Below, in pieces: positions 1 through 6,857 of a stretch of 21,105 nucleotides of DNA. Under the pieces are notes generated by a model, which was not told the DNA's origin, did not search any database, and saw only the letters and a list, made by a program, of their open reading frames with translations. A program made the position numbers and the translations under genes. Each line of letters starts with the position of its first letter. Position 1 is the first letter of the stretch. The stretch is from IMG/VR virus record IMGVR_UViG_2657245439_000019. The stretch is one strand, 5' to 3'. The stretch comes from a virus (lineage: Duplodnaviria > Heunggongvirae > Uroviricota > Caudoviricetes).

Positions 1-981
1 TTATAACGTCACTCCGCCTTTTAGTGGATTCAGAGCGACGGCATTTTGCAGATAGTCAGGCGCAAGGTGCGCATAGGCCATCGTCTGCTGAATGCTCGCA
101 TGTCCCAGAATCTGTTGCAGTGCGATTATATTGCCCCCATTCATCATGAAATGGCTTGCGAATGTATGCCGCAGGATGTGGGTTGCCTGATTGGGTGGTA
201 TATCAGGTTTCACTCTGCGTAAAATCCCGCAAAATTTCTCATAATCAACTTTGAATAATTTGGCGCTGGCCTCCTCTTTAACTTTTTTCTCCAGTTCCTC
301 AGAAATCGGCACGATTCGCTTTTTACCGTTTTTGGTTTTCAGGAAGGTAACCCTGCAATTTGTAATCTGTGCTGGTTTTAGCGTGGCAACTTCCGTCCAT
401 CTTCCTCCGGTGCTCAGACATAAAAGCGCGACAAGTAAGTCATCACCAGCCAAAACATTTAACAGTTTTTCGATTTCTGCTTTTTCCAGGAACGTCATTT
501 CAGGGGTGGCCTCCGCCAGTGGCGGCAGTCCGTGAATTGGGTGTTGCCCGGAAAATTCATCCAATTGAATTAATTTTGTGAACATGCCGGATAATCGGTA
601 CATGTCACGGTTTATCGTTGCGGCACTGATACCATCACGTAGTCGCATGGAACGATAATCCATCAAAGCCCTTTTGCTCATCCTGCTCACTGGTATATCA
701 CCTATGCCGCTGATGGTTTTGAGTAGATGATTAAACTCTTTTGTTCCATGCTCGTGGTTTTGCCCGTGATATTTCCACCAGATGTCCAGCAACTCACTCA
801 AAGTCCGGCGGTCTGCTCGCTGGCCTCCCCATTCTTTCTGACTGGCATTGGCGATTGTGTATCGCTCAAATGCTAGTGCTTCAGCTTTTCTTTCGAATTT
901 CCTGCGGATGCGTTTTCCGTCGCGACCGCGAGGTCTAATGTCCACTTCATAGCGACCATCATCGAGCTTCTTAATTGCCAT
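1..981 (-). CDS. int: Tyrosine integrase, P2 Int family
   Basis: ORF 1..1011(-). Best start is the Met at 979-981 (MAIKKLDDGRYEVDIRP...), preceded by a GGAGGG Shine-Dalgarno. C-terminal region has the catalytic signature HILRHTFASHF...GHASIQQTMAYAHL (His-x-x-Arg and Tyr). Stop codon is at 1-3, so att should lie just left of the window. Confidence 0.9.
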   Translation of the reverse strand: MAIKKLDDGRYEVDIRPRGRDGKRIRRKFERKAEALAFERYTIANASQKEWGGQRADRRTLSELLDIWWKYHGQNHEHGTKEFNHLLKTISGIGDIPVSRMSKRALMDYRSMRLRDGISAATINRDMYRLSGMFTKLIQLDEFSGQHPIHGLPPLAEATPEMTFLEKAEIEKLLNVLAGDDLLVALLCLSTGGRWTEVATLKPAQITNCRVTFLKTKNGKKRIVPISEELEKKVKEEASAKLFKVDYEKFCGILRRVKPDIPPNQATHILRHTFASHFMMNGGNIIALQQILGHASIQQTMAYAHLAPDYLQNAVALNPLKGGVTL

Positions 982-1050
982 AAGAAAGCCCTCCGGCGCT
1001 GTATTCACCATCTTGGTAGCAAATGGTGAAAATGTAATCTTTATATAGAG

Positions 1051-1344
1051 TTAGCCAATCCTTTTCGCGGAGTGGTTGGACTCTGTTGACTCTGGCCCAA
1101 TGTGCGCGAGAGCCGGTGCGATTTGTCCTGCGTCCGGCGCGGTTTTATCTGTCATAAGCCATAGAGCATATTTTTGGAATGTGGGATGCATAGTGATTTT
1201 TAGCAAAGCTGTGCCACCGGGTTCAAAGTTTCCTCCTTCATATTTTTTAAGTGTGCTTAGCGGTAACTCTATGATTTCACAGAATTTTGATTGGCTTAGC
1301 CCTTCAGCCTCACGCAAGGCCTTAATCTTTTCGCTTAATTTCAT
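1051..1344 (-). CDS. C: Immunity repressor, P2 C type
   Basis: 97-aa ORF divergent from cox. Contains ...QIAPALAH... which I recall from P2 C. Position between int and cox matches P2 synteny. Confidence 0.8.
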   Translation of the reverse strand: MKLSEKIKALREAEGLSQSKFCEIIELPLSTLKKYEGGNFEPGGTALLKITMHPTFQKYALWLMTDKTAPDAGQIAPALAHIGPESTESNHSAKRIG

Positions 1345-1402
1345 TTGACATGGTGCCTATATAGGGACTAAATTCCCTCAAAACTGGAACCTATATAGGT
1401 TC
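1344..1402. promoter_or_regulatory. Pe/Pc switch region: candidate Pe promoter with two copies of a palindromic operator decamer
   Basis: TTGACA at 1344-1349, 18-bp spacer, TAAATT at 1368-1373. CCTATATAGG occurs at 1355-1364 and 1389-1398, flanking the -10. The second copy sits inside a perfect 18-bp palindrome GGAACCTATATAGGTTCC (1385-1402). Confidence 0.55.
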
Positions 1403-1465
1403 CATTGATTTGAGAATAAACCAGCATCTAAACGGTTTTGAGTGGTTTAGAAAGGGCTGGATCCT

Positions 1466-1753
1466 ATGAGGGTACCATATATGGACGCTGAAAATTATGT
1501 GATTCAGTATCCGCTTGATGCGGTTCATGTGGATAAATTTGCTGATTTATTAGGGAAGCCAAAGACAGCCGTCAGTGAAATGGTGAAGGCAAATAAATTA
1601 CCAATTATTGAATTGCGTGATCCTTGCAAACCGAAGGCTCGTGCCGGTGAAAAATGGGTTTTCATTCCTGAGTTTAATCGCGCTGTACGTGAGGCGTTTT
1701 ATAACCGACCGGTTGAACAGCGTGATGCATGGCTTTTGTGGATGGGGTTGTGA
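1466..1753 (+). CDS. cox: Cox-like excisionase / transcriptional switch protein
   Basis: 95-aa ORF immediately right of the C/Pe region, similar in size and position to P2 Cox. An alternative start is the Met at 1481. C-terminal ...RDAWLLWMGL resembles the P2 Cox C-terminus as I recall it. Confidence 0.7.
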   Translation: MRVPYMDAENYVIQYPLDAVHVDKFADLLGKPKTAVSEMVKANKLPIIELRDPCKPKARAGEKWVFIPEFNRAVREAFYNRPVEQRDAWLLWMGL

Positions 1754-1926
1754 TTATGAATGAGCCGCGTTGTATTGCTCAGTTATTGCGTAACGAAAGC
1801 CCCAGGGCGATTGACTTCACCATCACCCACGGTAAGGGGCGTAAGGGAATCATTATCCGCACCAAAAAACAGAGTCCGTTAAAAAAGGCTCTGACCTTTC
1901 TGAAAAGCCGGAGGGTATGGAAATGA
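1729..1926 (+). CDS. Hypothetical small early protein (P2 orf78 position)
   Basis: 65-aa ORF overlapping the cox 3' end and the B start. An alternative start is the Met at 1756. No recognisable motif. Confidence 0.35.
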   Translation: MAFVDGVVIMNEPRCIAQLLRNESPRAIDFTITHGKGRKGIIIRTKKQSPLKKALTFLKSRRVWK

Positions 1927-2423
1927 CAGTGATGACGCTCAATCTCGTTGAAAAACAGCCAGCAGCTATGCGCCGGATAATTGGCAAGCATCTTGCCGTC
2001 CCTCGCTGGCAGGATACATGTGATTATTATAATCAGATGATGGAGCGCGAACGGCTAACGGTTTGCTTTCATGCACAGTTAAAACAGCGTCACGCAACGA
2101 TGCGTTTTGAAGAAATGAACGACGTCGAACGTGAACGACTGGTTTGTGCAATTGATGAATTGCGTGGCGCATTCTCAAAACGCCGTCAGGTCGGCGCAAG
2201 TGAGTATGCATATATTAGTTTTTTAACAGTCAGTCAGCGTCGTACTTTATTTATGCATGCGGGATTGACAGAAAAAGAATTCAATCAGCCGTACTGGCGA
2301 ATTAATGAAGAATCATGTTACTGGCGTGATGCTTTATTCCGTGCATTACGTGAATTATTCAGTCTTTTTGAGTATGCACCGACAATTCTGACGTCGGTAA
2401 AACCAGAGCAATATCTGCATTAA
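1917..2423 (+). CDS. B: P2 gpB-like replication accessory protein
   Basis: 168-aa ORF after cox/orf78, same size and position as P2 B. Family assignment is from synteny and recall, not a search. Confidence 0.6.
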   Translation: MEMTVMTLNLVEKQPAAMRRIIGKHLAVPRWQDTCDYYNQMMERERLTVCFHAQLKQRHATMRFEEMNDVERERLVCAIDELRGAFSKRRQVGASEYAYISFLTVSQRRTLFMHAGLTEKEFNQPYWRINEESCYWRDALFRALRELFSLFEYAPTILTSVKPEQYLH

Positions 2424-2444
2424 ATAATTAACCAGAGTTTTTAA

Positions 2445-2473
2445 CGCACTTAATCGTGCGGGGCTTCTTTTTG
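2445..2473 (+). terminator. Weak hairpin plus T-tract between B and the next ORF (possible attenuator)
   Basis: CGCAC-TTAATC-GTGCG stem-loop (2445-2460) followed by GGGCTTCTTTTT. Stem is only 5 bp. Confidence 0.3.
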
Positions 2474-2486
2474 CCTGGAGAAAGTC

Positions 2487-2711
2487 ATGCATACAGTTTC
2501 TGAAAATCAGTGCGGTAAATACGCATTACTGCTGCAACAGGCCAGAACCGAAGCACAGGCCGACGCTGCGACGTGCTTTTCTTCTCATCTTGACGCCATG
2601 ATTCGCCACATCACAAAGGCGGAGTTATCCCGCGTGGAGATAGTTGAGCTGCTCAGTCAGGAGTCGGAAAAATTTCACAATATCGGATTGTCTCGCGGGG
2701 AGGTGCTTTGA
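2487..2711 (+). CDS. Hypothetical early protein (P2 orf80 position)
   Basis: 74-aa ORF with RBS-like GGAGAAAG upstream. Stop overlaps the next start (ATGA-type coupling). Confidence 0.5.
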   Translation: MHTVSENQCGKYALLLQQARTEAQADAATCFSSHLDAMIRHITKAELSRVEIVELLSQESEKFHNIGLSRGEVL

Positions 2712-3013
2712 TGTCCTGTTCTCGTTCGGTTGTATTACTGAATAACGCCTTAAAAATCGCTGTTATGGAAAATGGCGATTTGTCTCTTATTCAACTTGGT
2801 CTTGATAAAGAAAAGCGCGACATAACTGAATCTGTTATCGCGATTTATCAGAGCGAATTAAACCTCCTGTCTGATGTGATCAATTTACTTGTGAAACGCG
2901 CTGTATTTCACAGGCAAATTTCCTCAGTGGATGAACTGACAAAATTAACGACAGAACTCGCCAGCTATTGCGCTGATGAATTTAAGAAACTGAACGACAA
3001 AAGGAACTGGTAA
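2708..3013 (+). CDS. Hypothetical early protein (P2 orf81 position)
   Basis: 101-aa ORF, translationally coupled on both sides. Confidence 0.5.
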   Translation: MMSCSRSVVLLNNALKIAVMENGDLSLIQLGLDKEKRDITESVIAIYQSELNLLSDVINLLVKRAVFHRQISSVDELTKLTTELASYCADEFKKLNDKRNW

Positions 3014-3237
3014 TGCCGGACAACGTAGATTTCATTCAGGAACAACAGGCTGAATTACTGGAGCGCCAGATTAACGCGGCAAGGGTAAAACATTGCGGTG
3101 TTTCTGCGCTGGTTTGCGAAGAGTGTGACGCGCCAATACCTGCTGCCCGTCGTGCGGCTTATCCGTCAGCCACGCGTTGTGTTTCCTGCCAGTCAGTCTT
3201 TGAAGCAAAAAACAAACATTACCGGAGAACGGCATGA
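3013..3237 (+). CDS. TraR/DksA-family C4 zinc-finger protein (P2 orf82 position)
   Basis: 74-aa ORF with Cys pairs in CEECDAPIPAARRAAYPSATRCVSCQ (CxxC...CxxC). Confidence 0.6.
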   Translation: MPDNVDFIQEQQAELLERQINAARVKHCGVSALVCEECDAPIPAARRAAYPSATRCVSCQSVFEAKNKHYRRTA

Positions 3238-3509
3238 GTATTCGTATTGAAATTGGCAAACGTTATGTCGTTACCAGTGACAGCTTTCAGTTTATTCTCC
3301 ACGAGAAAAAGAGAGCGGAAAGCGGTAAAAACGCCGGTCAGGAATGGCTGGCGGTGGTTGGTTATTACCCGAAATTAGGCCAGCTCGTTTCCGGCCTGAT
3401 GCATCACGATATTCTGACCGGAAGCGCAAAATCTTTTGCTGATTTAAACGCGCAGGTTGAGCAACTCAGCAAGCGTTGTTCAGAGGCTTTTGGCTCATAT
3501 GGCCGTTAA
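3234..3509 (+). CDS. Hypothetical early protein (P2 orf83 position)
   Basis: 91-aa ORF, coupled to the zinc-finger ORF upstream and overlapping the A start. Confidence 0.5.
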   Translation: MSIRIEIGKRYVVTSDSFQFILHEKKRAESGKNAGQEWLAVVGYYPKLGQLVSGLMHHDILTGSAKSFADLNAQVEQLSKRCSEAFGSYGR

Positions 3510-5775
3510 AGCCTCCGGGCGTTTTGTCCCTCCGTCAGCATTTACCGCAGGCACCGGTAAGGCGTTTACCGGTGCTTATGCATGGAACGCGCCACGCGAG
3601 GCTGTCGGGCGCGAAAGACCTCTTACACGTGACGAGATGCGTCAGGTGCAAGGTGTTTTATCCACGATTAACCGCCTGCCTTACTTTTTGCGCTCGCTGT
3701 TTACTTCACGCTATGACTACATCCGGCGCAATAAAAGCCCGGTGCACGGGTTTTATTTCCTCACATCTACTTTTCAGCGTCGTTTATGGCCGCGCATTGA
3801 GCGTGTGAATCAGCGCCATGAAATGAACACCGACGCGTCGTTGCTGTTTCTGGCAGAGCGTGACCACTATGCGCGCCTGCCGGGAATGAATGACAAGGAG
3901 CTGAAAAAGTTTGCCGCCCGTATCTCATCGCAGCTTTTCATGATGTATGAGGAACTCTGCGATGCATGGGTTGATGCGCATGGTGAAAAAGAATCGCTGT
4001 TTACGGATGAGGCGCAGGCTCACCTGTATGGTCATGTTGCTGGCGCTGCACGTGCTTTCAATATTTCCCCGCTCTACTGGAAAAAATACCGTAAAGGACA
4101 GATGACCACGAAGCAGGCATATTCTGCCATTGCCCGCCTGTTTAACGATGAGTGGTGGACTCATCAGCTTAAAGGCCAGCGTATGCGCTGGCATGAGGCG
4201 TTACTGATAGCTGTCGGGGAGGTCAATAAAGACCGTTCTCCTTATGCCAGTAAACACGCCATTCGTGATGTGCGTGCGCGCCGCCAGGCAAATCTGGAAT
4301 TTCTTAAATCGTGTGACCTTGAAAACAGGGAAACCGGCGAGCGCATCGACCTTATCAGTAAGGTGATGGGCAGTATTTCTAATCCTGAAATTCGCCGGAT
4401 GGAGCTGATGAACACCATTGCCGGTATTGAGCGTTACGCCGCCGCAGAGGGTGATGTGGGGATGTTTATCACGCTGACCGCGCCGTCAAAGTATCACCCG
4501 ACACGTCAGGTCGGAAAAGGCGAAAGTAAAACCGTTCAGCTTAATCACGGCTGGAACGATGAGGCATTTAATCCAAAGGATGCGCAGCGTTATCTCTGCC
4601 GTATCTGGAGCCTGATGCGCACGGCATTCAAGGATAATGATTTACAGGTCTACGGTTTGCGAGTCGTCGAGCCACACCACGACGGAACGCCGCACTGGCA
4701 TATGATGCTTTTTTGTCATCCACGCCAGCGTAACCAGATTATCGAAATCATGCGTCGCTATGCGCTCAAAGAGGATGGCGACGAAAGAGGAGCCGCGCGA
4801 AACCGTTTTCAGGCAAAACACCTTAACCGGGGCGGTGCTGCGGGATATATCGCGAAATACATTTCAAAAAACATCGACGGCTATGCACTGGATGGTCAGC
4901 TCGATAACGACACCGGCAGGCCGCTGAAAGACACTGCAGCGGCTGTTACCGCATGGGCGTCAACGTGGCGCATTCCGCAATTTAAAACGGTTGGCCTGCC
5001 GACAATGGGGGCTTACCGTGAACTACGCAAATTGCCTCGCGGCGTCAGCATTGCTGATGAGTTTGACGAGCGCGTCGAGGCTGCACGCGCCGCCGCAGAC
5101 AGTGGTGATTTTGCGCTGTATATCAGCGCGCAGGGCGGGGCAAATGTCCCGCGCGATTGTCAGACTGTCAGGGTCGCCCGTAGTCTGTCGGATGACGTTA
5201 ACGAGTACGAGGAAGAAGTCGAGAGAGTGGTCGGCATTTACGCGCCGCATCTCGGCGCGCGTCATATTCATATCACCAGAACGACGGACTGGCGCATTGT
5301 GCCGAAAGTTCCGGTCGTTGAGCCTTTGACTTTAAAAAGCGGCATCGCCGCGCCTCGGAGTCCTGTCAATAACTGTGGAAAGCTCACCGGTGGTGATACT
5401 TCGTTACCGGCTCCCACACCTTCTGAGCACGCCGCAGCAGTGCTTAATCTGGTAGATGACGGTGTTATCGAATGGAGTGACCCGGAGGTCGTGATGGCGC
5501 TCAGGGGCGCATTAAAACACGGACTGAGAACACCAAATCGTCAGCAAAGAAACGGAATCCCGTTAAAACCGCATGAAATTGCACCATCTGCCAGACTGAC
5601 CAGGTCTGAACGATTGCAAATTACCCGTATCCGCGTTGACCTCGCTCAGAACGGTATCAGGCCGCAACGATGGGAGCTTGAGGCGCTGGCGCGTGGCGCG
5701 ACCGTAAATTATGACGGGAAAAAATTCACGTATCCGGTTGCTGATGAGTGGCCGGGGTTCTCGTTACCCATTTGA
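3499..5775 (+). CDS. A: Replication initiation endonuclease gpA (rolling-circle initiator)
   Basis: ORF 3457..5775. Chosen start is the Met at 3499 (MAVKASGRFVPP...). HUH-type motif HWHMM is encoded at 4692-4706 and a YxxxY motif (AGYIAKYISK) at about 4840-4870. Long stretches match my recollection of P2 gpA. Confidence 0.9.
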   Translation: MAVKASGRFVPPSAFTAGTGKAFTGAYAWNAPREAVGRERPLTRDEMRQVQGVLSTINRLPYFLRSLFTSRYDYIRRNKSPVHGFYFLTSTFQRRLWPRIERVNQRHEMNTDASLLFLAERDHYARLPGMNDKELKKFAARISSQLFMMYEELCDAWVDAHGEKESLFTDEAQAHLYGHVAGAARAFNISPLYWKKYRKGQMTTKQAYSAIARLFNDEWWTHQLKGQRMRWHEALLIAVGEVNKDRSPYASKHAIRDVRARRQANLEFLKSCDLENRETGERIDLISKVMGSISNPEIRRMELMNTIAGIERYAAAEGDVGMFITLTAPSKYHPTRQVGKGESKTVQLNHGWNDEAFNPKDAQRYLCRIWSLMRTAFKDNDLQVYGLRVVEPHHDGTPHWHMMLFCHPRQRNQIIEIMRRYALKEDGDERGAARNRFQAKHLNRGGAAGYIAKYISKNIDGYALDGQLDNDTGRPLKDTAAAVTAWASTWRIPQFKTVGLPTMGAYRELRKLPRGVSIADEFDERVEAARAAADSGDFALYISAQGGANVPRDCQTVRVARSLSDDVNEYEEEVERVVGIYAPHLGARHIHITRTTDWRIVPKVPVVEPLTLKSGIAAPRSPVNNCGKLTGGDTSLPAPTPSEHAAAVLNLVDDGVIEWSDPEVVMALRGALKHGLRTPNRQQRNGIPLKPHEIAPSARLTRSERLQITRIRVDLAQNGIRPQRWELEALARGATVNYDGKKFTYPVADEWPGFSLPI

Positions 5776-5990
5776 GTAAAAACACAACGTGATTTGATAT
5801 GGCATTGAATGGCTTATGCGGAGCAGTTATGGGGCAGCAGAAGGTCAATAGCATGCTGAATTAGAAGGCTAAATGCTATTGAGTGACTAGCATGTCGGTA
5901 AGGACAGCCGTTTGATCCGGGTCATAAAAGGCCATCCATTTAGTCTAATAAAATCATTGCGGGTAACCTTATGTCGACGCATAATTCGTC

Positions 5991-6005
5991 TTGAGCGAAG
6001 TCTTG
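5991..6005. repeat. 15-bp exact direct repeat, copy 1 (TTGAGCGAAGTCTTG)
   Basis: Identical 15-mer recurs at 6255-6269. The two copies bracket the bidirectional terminator and the small minus-strand ORF. Confidence 0.6.
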
Positions 6006-6035
6006 TCAGTCTTTCATCGTATTGATGATGGGCGC

Positions 6036-6069
6036 AAAAAAACCACCCTGGCAGGTGGTTTTTTTGTTT
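6036..6069. terminator. Bidirectional rho-independent terminator
   Basis: A-run (6036-6042), stem AACCACC (6041-6047), loop CTGGCA, stem GGTGGTT (6054-6060), then T-run (6059-6065). Symmetric A/T flanks allow termination on both strands. Confidence 0.65.
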
Positions 6070-6077
6070 GAAGCATA

Positions 6078-6191
6078 TTAAAGCATAATGCTGACATTGA
6101 TATTACTGACGTTTACTGACAAACCACTCGGACTACCGTTTGGATAGCCAAAGAGGGCCAGAACGAGAATGCAGTAATAGCATTTCTTCAT
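6078..6191 (-). CDS. Hypothetical small protein, 37 aa (MKKCYYCILVLALFGYPNGSPSGLSVNVSNINVSIML)
   Basis: ATG at 6189-6191 (minus) with AGGAGG Shine-Dalgarno 4 nt upstream. Stop at 6078-6080, followed by the bidirectional terminator. Hydrophobic N-terminal segment. An in-frame upstream ATG at 6344 would give 88 aa but has no RBS. Confidence 0.3.
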   Translation of the reverse strand: MKKCYYCILVLALFGYPNGSPSGLSVNVSNINVSIML

Positions 6192-6254
6192 ATTGCCTCC
6201 TGTAAGTAGAGGGCAACTTCCACCGGTATATGCGCTTCTTAGGTGGAATGACTT

Positions 6255-6269
6255 TTGAGCGAAGTCTTG
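6255..6269. repeat. 15-bp exact direct repeat, copy 2 (TTGAGCGAAGTCTTG)
   Basis: Identical to 5991-6005. Lies in the 5' leader region of the small minus-strand ORF. Confidence 0.6.
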
Positions 6270-6669
6270 CCCTGAAATAATGCTCTGTTTAAACGCAAAG
6301 TGATTTGGCATATCACCGAACAGAGAGCCGGAAAAACACAACATATAGTATGTCGTTGTTTCTAGACATACATTCTATGTTGTGTAACAAGGGCTTTGCA
6401 TTAAACATGTTTGAGATTTTATTGATGTAGCTCAAAGTAAAAAACAGAGACTACGGATGATAAGGTCTTGAAAGCAATGTAAATTTTTTAAGGTTGCCAA
6501 TTGCTTAAAAATGTACAGTTGCGGTATGGCGTACTTAAAAAGCTATGCATGCAACAAGTGAATGTTTTTGCATGCGTTGGGGATGTCCGTTCAGGCTGCG
6601 TGCGGTCAGGACTGGTGCGGATCCATAGTATCTATGCAACTGCATTAAAACCGCCCCGTGAAGCGGGCG

Positions 6670-6688
6670 GGCGAGGCGGGGAAAGCAC
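6670..6688. other. cos cohesive-end sequence (P2/P4 type)
   Basis: GGCGAGGCGGGGAAAGCAC at 6670-6688 matches the 19-nt P2 cohesive end as I remember it. It sits between the A-distal cargo and Q, where cos lies in a P2 prophage, with GC-rich dyad CCGCCCCGTGAAGCGGGCGG just upstream. Confidence 0.6.
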
Positions 6689-6830
6689 TGCGCGCTGGCG
6701 GTGGTGCTGATTTTATTTTTTCAGCGTCTCAGCGCGTCGTAATGGCGTTTAGATTGTGCGCCGGGGCGTTGGTTTGTCTGCGGGCTGTTTTGCGCGGTGG
6801 TGAGCGTGTGAGGGCGTGATGACGGGGTGT

Positions 6831-6852
6831 AAAAAAGCCGCCCGCAGGCGGC
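6831..6852 (-). terminator. Rho-independent terminator downstream of Q (minus strand)
   Basis: On the minus strand, stem GCCGCC, loop TGCG, stem GGCGGC, then TTTTTT, directly after the Q stop codon. Confidence 0.55.
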
Positions 6853-6857
6853 GATGT

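Noticed and set aside
3476-3808. 110-aa alternative-frame ORF overlapping the start of A, and similar embedded ORFs (4991-5329, 12822-13169, 14008-14346, 15731-16003, 17994-18242)
   Set aside because: All lie inside well-supported genes in other frames, with no start signals or recognisable motifs. Only lysC among the embedded ORFs has independent support.
6192-6344. N-terminal extension making the small cargo ORF 88 aa
   Set aside because: No ribosome-binding site before the ATG at 6344, and the extension overlaps the long inverted repeat. The internal start with AGGAGG is preferred, though the longer form is not excluded.
6501-6710. 69-aa plus-strand ORF spanning the cos site
   Set aside because: It begins with TTG, has no RBS, is Gly/Arg-rich from translating GC-rich cos DNA, and runs straight across the cohesive-end sequence. 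Almost certainly not coding.
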